DNA of 64,000 bases from an uncultured Acidimicrobiaceae bacterium (GTDB lineage: Bacteria; Actinomycetota; Acidimicrobiia; Acidimicrobiales; CAYSAC01): NCBI GenBank assembly GCA_964428815.1, contig CAYSAC010000001.1, positions 25,349 through 89,348 on the forward strand. The letters are read 5' to 3'. Position 1 is the stretch's first letter, and each line of letters opens with the position of its first letter. Shown here in pieces: positions 1 through 8,381 of this stretch. Position numbers and translations under genes: made by a program. The notes beneath the pieces were generated by a model, which was not told the DNA's origin, made no database searches, and was given only the letters and a program-made list of their open reading frames with translations.

Positions 1-387
1 AGGTCCGAGCTCGACCGCATCCGCCGCGCCAACCGCCGGTACCTCGAGCGCTACCGCGAGAACGGCCGCATCATGGGCGTGATCGAACAGGTCTCGCGCT
101 ACGACCCATACGTCAACGAAGCCCGGATGCGGCGACAGAAGCACTTCGCAGAGCGAGCGGAGCACGCCATCCGCAGGCTGCAGAAGGACGGCGCCGCGGA
201 CCCAGAGGTAGACCCAACGATCGCCGCCGTCGCGCTCGGTGCCATGGTCGCCCGGTTCGCCGAGCTGTGGTTGGTAGAGCAGTGGGCGAAGTTCGACTTC
301 GACGAAGCGGTCGAGCAGATGACACGCCTGTGGGCAAACGCCATCGGCCTGCGCGAACCGCCCAAGAAGCGCGCCAGGAAGCGCTGA
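1..387 (+). CDS. TetR/AcrR-like regulator, C-terminal part (5' end outside window)
   Basis: Frame 1 is open from base 1 (RSELDRIRRANRRYLERYRENGRIMGV...) to the TGA at 385-387. The helical C-terminus (AVALGAMVARFAELWLVEQW) resembles TetR ligand domains. The HTH is not in the window, so the family call is tentative. Confidence 0.55.
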   Translation, partial: RSELDRIRRANRRYLERYRENGRIMGVIEQVSRYDPYVNEARMRRQKHFAERAEHAIRRLQKDGAADPEVDPTIAAVALGAMVARFAELWLVEQWAKFDFDEAVEQMTRLWANAIGLREPPKKRARKR

Positions 388-409
388 ACCGAAAAGCGCC
401 CGGCCACTG

Positions 410-1468
410 ATGGAACCGGTCGCCGATCGCGCCGAAGACCTGACTGCGGCGTGGCTCACCGACGCTCTTCATTCGAGCGGGCACGACCTCGTCGTCGCGT
501 CGGTTGCAGCGGAACGTTTCGGCACCGGCCAGATGGGCACGACCTATCGGCTGCGACTCACCTATGAGGGCGCGCCCGGCCCGTCGACCCTCGTCGCCAA
601 GCTGGCAGCGGGTGACAACGCCTCGCGAGCGATGGTCGCGCCTGGCTACGCCACCGAAGTTGGCTTCTACACACAGCTCGTCGCGAGTCTCGACGTGCGG
701 AGGCCGCGCTGCTGGTACGGCGCCATCGTCGACGACAAGACCCGGTTCACGTTGCTGCTGGAAGACCTCGCGCCCGCGACACCCGGCGTCCAGGCGAACG
801 GGTGCACGGTTGCGCACGCGCGCGCGTCCATCCGCAACCTCGTCGGGCTCCACGCGCCCCGGTGGAACGACCGGGCCCTGCGGGATCTCGACTTCCTGCC
901 CCGTCCGAGCCGACCGATGGCCGCCATGATCGGCGAGGTCCTCGCCACCGCGACGCCCCGCTTCGTCGAGCGGTACGAGCAACAGCTGAGCAACGACGAC
1001 GCAACGACGCTGAGCGATGTCGCGCAGGTCATGGCCGAGTGGCAGCTGGCGCGGACCGAGACCTTCGCCGTCATCCACGGCGACTACCGGCTCGACAACC
1101 TGCTGTTCCCACCCAGCGGCGATGCCGTGGCGGCAGTCGACTGGCAGACCGCCGCGATCGGCCCACCGCTGCGCGACGTCGCGTACTTCCTCGGTACGAG
1201 TGTCCAGACCGACGACCGCCGAGCGAACGAGAAAGGGCTCGTCGCCGAGTACCACGCCGAGATCGTCGAGCGCGGCATCACGGGCTATGACGCCGACCAG
1301 TGCTGGGACGACTACCGCCTCGGGCAGCTGCAGGGCCCCATGGTCACCATCATCGGGTGCGCGTACGCAAGCGGCGGCGGCAGCGAGGCATCCGACGCGA
1401 TGTTCGTAGCGATGGCGCGGCGGTCGTGCGCGGCGATCCGAGACCTACGCTCGCTCGACCTCGTGTGA
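410..1468 (+). CDS. Phosphotransferase (aminoglycoside phosphotransferase / CHK-like kinase fold)
   Basis: 352-aa ORF with catalytic-loop motif HGDYRLDNLLF and downstream DWQTAAIGPPLRDVAYF, typical of APH/choline-kinase-like kinases. Coding-type codon bias. Confidence 0.8.
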   Translation: MEPVADRAEDLTAAWLTDALHSSGHDLVVASVAAERFGTGQMGTTYRLRLTYEGAPGPSTLVAKLAAGDNASRAMVAPGYATEVGFYTQLVASLDVRRPRCWYGAIVDDKTRFTLLLEDLAPATPGVQANGCTVAHARASIRNLVGLHAPRWNDRALRDLDFLPRPSRPMAAMIGEVLATATPRFVERYEQQLSNDDATTLSDVAQVMAEWQLARTETFAVIHGDYRLDNLLFPPSGDAVAAVDWQTAAIGPPLRDVAYFLGTSVQTDDRRANEKGLVAEYHAEIVERGITGYDADQCWDDYRLGQLQGPMVTIIGCAYASGGGSEASDAMFVAMARRSCAAIRDLRSLDLV

Positions 1469-1662
1469 CGGACGGGCACGGCACCCGCGGTGGCTCATGC
1501 GACGCCGAGCCGCCGGAAGGTGTCGTGATCCGTGATGGCGGCCGCGATGCGGGGGATGTGGATCAGCACGACCTCACGCGAGCTGATGCGTGTGATGACC
1601 CAGAGGAAGTACCCCCACTGGTCCAACCGTCAATGTTGGAAGTAGCCGCGCACAGGCCTCGG

Positions 1663-2439
1663 TCAACGCTCGATGAGCTCGATCCAGTTCCCGTCGGGGT
1701 CAGCGATGAACGCAACGATGACGTCACCCACCTTCGTAGGTGCGATCCGGACCGCGGCACCGCGTGCCTCGAGCCGACGGAGCGCCTGCTCGACCGACGC
1801 CACCTGCGCGGTGACGTACCTGATGCCAGCGTGGTCGGTGATCGGGCCGGAGCGCACTGGGAGGTCGTCGCCCTTGTGCCAGAACTTGATCGTGGTCGAT
1901 CCGAGCTGGACGGAGTGGCTGGTGGTCCCGCGGTGGGTGTGCGTCGCGCCCGCCTGGAGACCGAGCGTCTCGAAGAAGAAGGCTCGCGTCCGGTCGATGT
2001 CGCGCACGGTCAGCCCGACGTGGAGCGACGGCTCGGTGCCTCGCAAACCGACAAGCTCGATGGCGTTGCCATCGGCGTCGGGCATGAAGGCGAGCGGGAC
2101 GGCGTCTGCTCCATCGCCCCACGCAGACAGCTCGATGTCGCGCACACCTCCGGCGCGGGCCCGAGCGATGACGGGGTCGAGATCCGGGAGGAACAACGTG
2201 ATCATCCGGTAACCGATCGCGCTGTCGATCCCTCCGCCGTCGCCGTCGGGCGGCGAGTCGAGGCACCAGAGCTTCAGCGCGCTCGTGCCAACCACGTGGG
2301 CCACCATCTCGCCATCGCGCACCGGGACAGGTGGGCGTCGCTCGAATGCGAGGACATCGGCGTAGAAGGACCGCATGCCCTCGATGTCATGGGCCACGAC
2401 GCCGACATCAAGGCTGGGCTTGACAAGCTGGAGCGACAT
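1663..2439 (-). CDS. Two-domain VOC/glyoxalase-family protein
   Basis: Track ORF 1663..2829 trimmed to the internal ATG at 2437-2439 (MSLQLVKPSLDVGVVAHDIEGMRSFYADVL...). Two repeats of the glyoxalase-like pattern are present (second: LHVGLTVRDIDRTRAFFFETLGL...DPDGNWIELIE). The upstream 130 aa are Arg/Pro-rich non-coding-like sequence. Confidence 0.8.
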   Translation of the reverse strand: MSLQLVKPSLDVGVVAHDIEGMRSFYADVLAFERRPPVPVRDGEMVAHVVGTSALKLWCLDSPPDGDGGGIDSAIGYRMITLFLPDLDPVIARARAGGVRDIELSAWGDGADAVPLAFMPDADGNAIELVGLRGTEPSLHVGLTVRDIDRTRAFFFETLGLQAGATHTHRGTTSHSVQLGSTTIKFWHKGDDLPVRSGPITDHAGIRYVTAQVASVEQALRRLEARGAAVRIAPTKVGDVIVAFIADPDGNWIELIER

Positions 2440-2459
2440 CACCGGCGGCACGTTGGCAC

Positions 2460-3773
2460 TCACATCGACGTGGAGTACCCACGGCCCATCTGGTCGGGTG
2501 AGCGGCCGAACGCGCGCACGATCGCCTGCACCGTCTTCGACGCGACCAACCGACCGTCGGCGGCGAACACACGGACCTGCGACTGAGTCGACCCTCGACC
2601 GGCCCAGATCGATCTGGTCTCGGTCAGCAGCCACTCGGTTACATCGACCTCGTCGTGGAGGGCGATCGTGGCGTTGACGGGACCCATCGATACCGTCTTG
2701 TGCGCCTCGCGCTCGGTGATGCCAGCGTGCGGGCGGAGCGCCGCACCGATGGTGTAGTGCGTCGTCGCCTGGGCCAGCAGCGCCTGGTGGAGCGCCTGCG
2801 ACGTGGGCGCCTCGGCGAAGCGGGTCCACACGTACAGCTCCGGAGGTCCGACACGCGCGGGATCCTGGTCGTAACCCGCCTCGACGATGCGGGTCTCCCG
2901 TCCGAGCACGCCGAAGTCGTGGCGCGGGCAGTCCGCGGGTGGGGGGACGTCGGGCATCGCCATCGCGTGGCGGATGAGATCATCCGCGCCGCTGTCGCTC
3001 GTGACCAGCCCGCTCGCTCGCAGCACATCACCCTGCTCGACCTCGATGTCGAAGACGGACAACGTCGACCCACTTCGCCGGGCGTCGACCCGAAGGTGGA
3101 GCGGTTCGTCGAAAGACGCACCCTTCATGAACGCCATGTGCGCCGAGGTCACCCGTTGGTCGGGGCGGGCCTTTGACGCGGCGACGATCGCCGCTCCGAG
3201 CAGCTGGCCGCCCTCGACCACGTTGCGTCGCTCGGCATGCCACGCCATCTCGAAGAAGGTCCCGATCGGGGGATCAGGGAACGTCGGTGCGATGAACGTC
3301 CCGCTGCCGGTCGGCACGACGTCCATGAGGCCGACGAGGTCGCGGGCCGTGCCCCACATCGGCAACCGGACCGTGGCCTCCTGCCCGTCGTCGAACGGGA
3401 CAGAGGCAGTGACGCTGACCCGGTCGGCGAAGAACGCAGCGTGGCCGGCGAGCCCCGCGACCTCGTCCATCGGCTCGGGGTACCACCACGCGGCGTCAGG
3501 GAGGACGTCGCCGCCAGCCGCCATGCTGAGGTAGCTGGCCTCCCCCTTGAACGGACAGATCGTGTGGTGATCGGACGCGACGAGGACGTCGTGGTTGAGG
3601 TCCTCGAGGGGGAAGTACAGCTGGTCGCGATGATCGGACTCGCGCACGACGAGGCAACGCGTGCTCTCCGCAACAAGCAGGTCACCGACTCGGGCGCGGC
3701 CGATGCCGTCGAGCGGAACCACGTCGATCGCGTACCCCGGGTACCTCGGCCAGGCGCTCTCGATCGCCATCAT
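2460..3773 (-). CDS. DUF427 domain fused to acyl-CoA thioesterase II (TesB-like double hotdog)
   Basis: The N-terminal ~120 aa match the DUF427 pattern (LYFPLEDL...HTICPFKGEASYLS...AAWWYPEP...AFFADRV). The remainder matches the TesB-like pattern (VEGGQLLGAAIVAASK...ELYVWTRF...ALHDEVDVTEWLL). Confidence 0.8.
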   Translation of the reverse strand: MMAIESAWPRYPGYAIDVVPLDGIGRARVGDLLVAESTRCLVVRESDHRDQLYFPLEDLNHDVLVASDHHTICPFKGEASYLSMAAGGDVLPDAAWWYPEPMDEVAGLAGHAAFFADRVSVTASVPFDDGQEATVRLPMWGTARDLVGLMDVVPTGSGTFIAPTFPDPPIGTFFEMAWHAERRNVVEGGQLLGAAIVAASKARPDQRVTSAHMAFMKGASFDEPLHLRVDARRSGSTLSVFDIEVEQGDVLRASGLVTSDSGADDLIRHAMAMPDVPPPADCPRHDFGVLGRETRIVEAGYDQDPARVGPPELYVWTRFAEAPTSQALHQALLAQATTHYTIGAALRPHAGITEREAHKTVSMGPVNATIALHDEVDVTEWLLTETRSIWAGRGSTQSQVRVFAADGRLVASKTVQAIVRAFGRSPDQMGRGYSTSM

Positions 3774-3997
3774 CTCGTCACCGTAGAGCGGCCGTCGTCG
3801 ACGAACCCGCGCTCGACGAGCAATGCAGCCGCGTCGAGCTCGGCAGCCCCGCCAGGCGGGTCGCCGCTGAGCTGAGGACTTGCTGAGGACCGGCGCACCG
3901 CGTGCTCACGCAGATGCGCAGGTCAGAGGCTATTCGCGTTGCCAGTTCTGCGTTCCCCGCCTACAGGCCGGCTCACCGTCACCACAACAGCCAAGGT

Positions 3998-4499
3998 TCA
4001 AGCGCTCTCGAGCGGGTTGGCCCTCTCGATCGACTTGAAGGACTGGAGCCACTGCGCCCCGCCGAATACCGCCGACGCCACCCGCCGGTTGTTGAACACG
4101 CGACCGACAGCTGCCTGACGGAGCCGAGTCGTGCGGTCCCGATCGCCCAGACAGCCGTAGAGCGCGAGCAGGAGCAGCGGCCCCGCGGCGCTCAGGTCAC
4201 GCATCTGGTTCTTGGTCACCGCCATCGAGATGCGGTTGGTGGGGTCCGCCAGCACCGCCGTGCCGCCCGCACCCCCCGACCCGAACGTCCGGGCCCCGAG
4301 CCCGAGCGACATCAGCAGTGGCGGCGGGATCGAGAAACCCAGTGCAAAGCCGCCGCCCTTGATTCCCTCGGTCGGATCGCTGAAACCGGCGGATCGACTC
4401 GGGAGAGACGAACTGATGCTTTTCCAGCGAGCCGGCCTCGGCCAACACCGCGTATGACGGCGCGGCCACGGCGGCGGGCGTCGTCGCGCCGCTACACAT
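3998..4499 (-). pseudogene. Frameshifted remnant of a serine hydrolase (class-C beta-lactamase/esterase family), C-terminal half
   Basis: Two minus-strand frames carry consecutive family-typical segments: SYAVLAEAGSLEKHQFVSPESIRRF (frame of ORF 4197..4499), then DPTEGIKGGGFALGF...RTFGSGGAGGTAVLADPTNRISMAVTKNQM (frame of ORF 3998..5155). The switch lies near 4375-4385. No intact N-terminal SxxK region follows upstream. Confidence 0.55.
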
Positions 4500-5010
4500 G
4501 AGCCAATGCCGAATGCTTCGTCCTCATGATCGCCTCTCATAGTTCGCAGGTCGCGGTCCTTCCCATGAGTCCTGGCGTGCAGGTGTCGGTGCCGGCGCGG
4601 CCTTGGATGGAGTCGAAGCCGGCGCCGCCGATCATGACCGTGACGAACGCGCGTCGCCCGTTCCCTCGAGGATGGAATCGAGCGAAAACCTTCATGTATC
4701 TCCCACCTTCGTAGCGCTGCCGGAACGCGATCACAGAGAGCCGTCGCGAGGTCTTGACGAGCAACTCGCCGCGACCCTCCTCCGTCGCCGAAACGATGTC
4801 GAGACACATTCCAAACGGTGACGATGTGCGTGGTCACGCTGAACTGCGCGATCGGGTCCACCTGGATGTCGCTGCCGGCCACCACCAGCCGCGTGTGTTC
4901 ATGCCGTTGCCCGGGTTTCCTCCTTACGTCGCGCAGCGCGAGCACGTCGCCGCGAACGGCTACGAGGGCTTCCAGCTCGCGCCCGACGGCTAGCTCCCAG
5001 CGTTCCGCGT

Positions 5011-5055
5011 CGCGTTGGTCGCGTTGGCGCCTGGCGTCTGGCGTCTGGCGTCTGG
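5011..5055. repeat. Short tandem repeats: 9-mer x2 (cgcgttggy, 5011-5028) followed by 7-mer ctggcgt x3.5 (5031-5055)
   Basis: Read directly: cgcgttggt cgcgttggc gc ctggcgt ctggcgt ctggcgt ctgg. The repeats sit exactly at the 5' edge of the nitroreductase fragment. Confidence 0.85.
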
Positions 5056-5286
5056 AGCTTCCAGCTCGCCGCCCGCGCTCGTGGCTTGGGCTCGGCCTGG
5101 ACGACGTTCCACCTGGTCCACGAGCAGCAGGTTGCGGAGATCCTCGGCATCCCACCGACCGTGACGCAGATCGCGCTGCTCCCCGTCGCGTTCTACACCG
5201 GCGACTCCTTCTCCCCGGCGCCGCGCCGCCCCGCGCACGAGATCACCTACGCGAATGGCTGGAAGGAGCCGGTGTTCGACCGCTGA
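5056..5286 (+). pseudogene. 5'-truncated nitroreductase-family fragment (C-terminal ~75 aa only)
   Basis: Frame-1 translation SFQLAARARGLGSAWTTFHLVHEQQVAEILGIPPTVTQIALLPVAFYTGDSFSPAPRRPAHEITY matches only the C-terminal third of nitroreductases. Upstream in-frame sequence is repeat junk. Confidence 0.5.
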
Positions 5287-5298
5287 TGGGAGCGTGGG

Positions 5299-6288
5299 TC
5301 ACGCGCTCGGGCGGCGGGGCTCCATGCCAGCGGCGCGATAGACCGCATCGATCACGCGCATGTTGGCGACCGCGTCGTCAACGCCGGTGAGGATCGGCTC
5401 GTCGCGCAGCACGGCGCCAGCGAAGGCTCGCAACTGGAACAGGTAGGAGGCGTCGCGTGTGAACCGCTCGCGGCGAGTCCCAGTGGGAGTGGTCACCTTC
5501 ACTCGGTGGACGAACTGTGGCGCCGTGACGTTGAGCGCCCGTATCCCACCATGCTCGCCGTGCACGCGAAGCCCGAGGGACAAGACATGTCGAGAGAACA
5601 TCGACACCCGCAGGTGGCCCGTCGCCCCACCGGGCAGCCGGAGCTCGGCCTCGGCGAGCCGGTCGACACCAGGGAAACGCTCTGAGGTCCGGGCGGACAC
5701 GACCTCGGGCTCTTCGCCAGCGAGGCTTCGGATCTGGTGGATCGCGTAGCAGCCGACGTCCATGAGCGTGCCACCGGCCAACGAAAGATCCCAGCGGATG
5801 TCGCCCTTGGGGAGCAGCGGAAAGCACATCCAGGCCTCGATGCGCTGCACGGTCCCGATCTCCCCCGACCGAACCACCTCGACCAAGCGCTGGAACAGCG
5901 TGTGATACCGGTAATGGAACGCCTCCATGCACACCCGCCCGCTTCGACGAGCGACCTCGGCCACCTTCTCGGCCTCCTCGGCATTGGCGGTGAAGGGCTT
6001 CTCGCAGAGCACGTGCTTGCCCGCCTCGAGCGCGGCGATCGTCCACCGCCCGTGCAGGCCGTTGGGCAGCGGGTTGTAGATGGCGTCGATGTCTGGATCG
6101 GCGATCAGCTCGTCGTAGCTCCCGAACACCCGCTGGATGCCCCGCTTCGTTGCGTACGCCTCGGCCCGCTTGCGATCACGCGCCGCGATGGCCGAGACGT
6201 CCACCTCGTCGACCCGGGCGGCCGGTTTCATCAGCGCCTGATTGGTGATGCGCGCAGCCCCGAGCACGCCGATGCGGAGAGGACCCAT
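5299..6288 (-). CDS. Gfo/Idh/MocA-family NAD(P)-dependent oxidoreductase
   Basis: N-terminal Rossmann segment LRIGVLGAARI, then the EKP motif (HVLCEKPF) and FHYRYH, as in Gfo/Idh/MocA proteins. Confidence 0.85.
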   Translation of the reverse strand: MGPLRIGVLGAARITNQALMKPAARVDEVDVSAIAARDRKRAEAYATKRGIQRVFGSYDELIADPDIDAIYNPLPNGLHGRWTIAALEAGKHVLCEKPFTANAEEAEKVAEVARRSGRVCMEAFHYRYHTLFQRLVEVVRSGEIGTVQRIEAWMCFPLLPKGDIRWDLSLAGGTLMDVGCYAIHQIRSLAGEEPEVVSARTSERFPGVDRLAEAELRLPGGATGHLRVSMFSRHVLSLGLRVHGEHGGIRALNVTAPQFVHRVKVTTPTGTRRERFTRDASYLFQLRAFAGAVLRDEPILTGVDDAVANMRVIDAVYRAAGMEPRRPSA

Positions 6289-6345
6289 GCCGACAATCTC
6301 GCGCGAGACGAGCGCGGTCAGCGCCTCCAGGTCCCGAGGCAGCTG

Positions 6346-7044
6346 TCAGTCCGGCAGCTTGCCGCGGAACCTGAGCACGTCGAAGTCGGCTCCTGGCGTG
6401 CGCTCGCCTGCGAGCGCGACTGCCGGCTCATCCCAGTGGTCGAGGTCGACGACGTCGCCGAGGGGCCGGCGCCGCACCGGACCGTGCTTCCCGCGCGGCC
6501 AGCCGAGGACGACGTGGCCGGCGAGGAGCCAGTCGTCTGGGACGCCGACCGCGTCGCGCAGCACCTGCTCACCGCCGTAGGAGGCCCAGCTGGTGATGCA
6601 GGCGCCGAGCCCCTGGGCGCGGGCGGCAAGGAGGAAGTTCTGCATCGCCGGGTAGATGGACCCGCCGAGCAGGATCTCCGAGGCGGTCTCGTACCGGTAG
6701 GTGCAGAACAGCACGGAGGTGCGCTCGCCAGCCTGATCGTGGAGCTCGTAGGTGGCACGGTTGTTGCGGGCGAACCGGCTGTTGTCGTCGTCGGCCGGAC
6801 GGGTCATCCCGTAGACGGGCTCGATGACGGCGAGGGCACGGCGCGCCGCCTCGGCGACGGCGACCCGCTGCGCTGGCGACCGGAGGACCACGAACCTCCA
6901 TGCTTGGGCGTTGGCACCGTTGGGAGCCCAGGATGCCGCTTCCAGGCATCGCGTGAGGGTGGCGTCGTCGACGGGCTCGTCGGTGAACCGGCGGATGGTG
7001 CGGGCGGTCGAGAGCACATCCCAGACGTCGTTCGAAGCTGGCAT
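6346..7044 (-). CDS. Nitroreductase-family protein
   Basis: RTIRRFTDEPV...APNGANAQAWRFVVL...AMQNFLLAARAQGLGACITSW are standard nitroreductase motifs. A paralog lies at 58051..58644. Confidence 0.85.
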   Translation of the reverse strand: MPASNDVWDVLSTARTIRRFTDEPVDDATLTRCLEAASWAPNGANAQAWRFVVLRSPAQRVAVAEAARRALAVIEPVYGMTRPADDDNSRFARNNRATYELHDQAGERTSVLFCTYRYETASEILLGGSIYPAMQNFLLAARAQGLGACITSWASYGGEQVLRDAVGVPDDWLLAGHVVLGWPRGKHGPVRRRPLGDVVDLDHWDEPAVALAGERTPGADFDVLRFRGKLPD

Positions 7045-7119
7045 GCGCGAGGTCTACCAGCAGTCTGCGGACCTCCATGACGGCGGTGTGAACGTCGCCG
7101 TGGTGGAGGTGGCAGCGGG

Positions 7120-7866
7120 TCAGGGCACCGTGCAGGTGAGCCCGCCATCGATCGGGATGACAGCGCCAGTGAGGAACGGCGCGCGATCGGATGCCAGGAA
7201 GCAGGCGAGCTCGGCAACCTCTTCGGGTTCGCCGGCGCGCTTCATGGGCGCGCCCTCGACCAGCTGCGGAAACTTCTCGATCGCGGCGCGGCCGCCGGAC
7301 AGCTCGGTGATGATCAGGCCAGGGCAGATGGCGTTGGCGCGGATGCCCTTCGTCGCGTACTCGATGGCGGCTTGCTTCGTGAAGGCGATGACGCCTGCCT
7401 TGGAGGCGCAGTAGATCCCTACGGGCATCTTCGAGCCGTTCATGCCTCCGGTGGAAGACCAGTTGATGATGGCGCCGCCTCCGGTCGGCAGCATCGTGCG
7501 GATGCCGTGCTTGGTGCCGAGCATGACGCCGCGCAGGTTCACGGCCATGATCCGCTCGTATTCGTCGACGGTGACGTCCGCCATGCTCCCGCCGCCGCCG
7601 ATGCCGGCGACGTTGAGCACGGCATCGACCTTCCCGAACGCCTCGAGGGCGGCAGCGAACATCGCCTCGACGTCCTCCTCCTTCGAGACGTCGCCGTGGA
7701 ACGGGACGAAGGCGTCGCCGAGCTCGTCAGCCGTCTCCTGCTCGCGGCCGCTGATGTCGGCGCCGAGCACCCTCGCTCCCTCGCGCACGAACACCCGCGA
7801 CGACGCCCGGGCCATGCCTGATCCGGCGCCGGTGATGACGGCGACCTTCCCGTCGAGCTCTCCCAT
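7120..7866 (-). CDS. Short-chain dehydrogenase/reductase (SDR)
   Basis: Track ORF trimmed to the ATG at 7864-7866, preceded by GGAGGAG. TGAGSGMA Rossmann motif, NVAG, YCASKAG (YxxxK). Confidence 0.9.
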   Translation of the reverse strand: MGELDGKVAVITGAGSGMARASSRVFVREGARVLGADISGREQETADELGDAFVPFHGDVSKEEDVEAMFAAALEAFGKVDAVLNVAGIGGGGSMADVTVDEYERIMAVNLRGVMLGTKHGIRTMLPTGGGAIINWSSTGGMNGSKMPVGIYCASKAGVIAFTKQAAIEYATKGIRANAICPGLIITELSGGRAAIEKFPQLVEGAPMKRAGEPEEVAELACFLASDRAPFLTGAVIPIDGGLTCTVP

Positions 7867-7913
7867 CGACTCTCCTCCGATTCGTTGTTCTCGTTGCTCG
7901 GACGTCGTTCCGC

Positions 7914-8381
7914 TCAGCCCGACGCTGCCGCGCGGACGGCGTCGATGATGCCCTGGTAACCGGTGCACCGGCACAGGTTGCCGGAGAGGGCCACGCGGAT
8001 CTCGTCGTCCGTCGGGTCCGCGTGGTCCCGAAGAAAGACGGTGGCCGAGAGCACGAACCCGGGTGTGCAGAACCCGCACTGCAGGCCGTGGTGCTCGCGG
8101 AACGCCTCTTGGATCGGCGAGAGCCCTCCGTCGGGAGAGCTGATGCCCTCGATGGTGGTGACGTCGGTGCCCTCGGCCTGGACGGCGAACATCAGGCACG
8201 ACCGGACCGCCTCTCCGTCGACGAGCACGGTGCAGGCTCCGCAGACGCCGTGCTCGCACCCGATGTGCGTGCCGGTGAGCTCGCACCGCTCCCGCAGGAA
8301 GTCCGCCAGCGTGAGCCGGGGCTCCGCCGTGGCGTGACAGCTCGTCCCGTTGACCCGCATCTCGATCCGCACCTCAGCCAC
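7914..8381 (-). CDS. Mo-hydroxylase small subunit, (2Fe-2S)-binding (CoxS/XdhC-type)
   Basis: GCEHGVCGACTV...C and CGFCTPG...CRCTGY double 2Fe-2S motifs. GTG start at 8379-8381 gives an 8-nt overlap with the upstream stop (GTGGCTGA). Confidence 0.9.
   Translation of the reverse strand: MAEVRIEMRVNGTSCHATAEPRLTLADFLRERCELTGTHIGCEHGVCGACTVLVDGEAVRSCLMFAVQAEGTDVTTIEGISSPDGGLSPIQEAFREHHGLQCGFCTPGFVLSATVFLRDHADPTDDEIRVALSGNLCRCTGYQGIIDAVRAAASG

Noticed and set aside
113-1255. 380-aa minus-strand ORF antisense to the TetR-like and kinase-like genes. Similar long alternative-frame or antisense ORFs include 1300..2586, 5737..7080, 8350..9402, 9771..10865, 11726..12796 and 17718..19166.
   Set aside because: Their translations are Arg/Pro/Gly/Ala-rich low-complexity strings with no recognisable motifs, as expected for off-frame reading of very GC-rich coding DNA. 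Each is fully covered by an ORF on another frame that carries clear family motifs.
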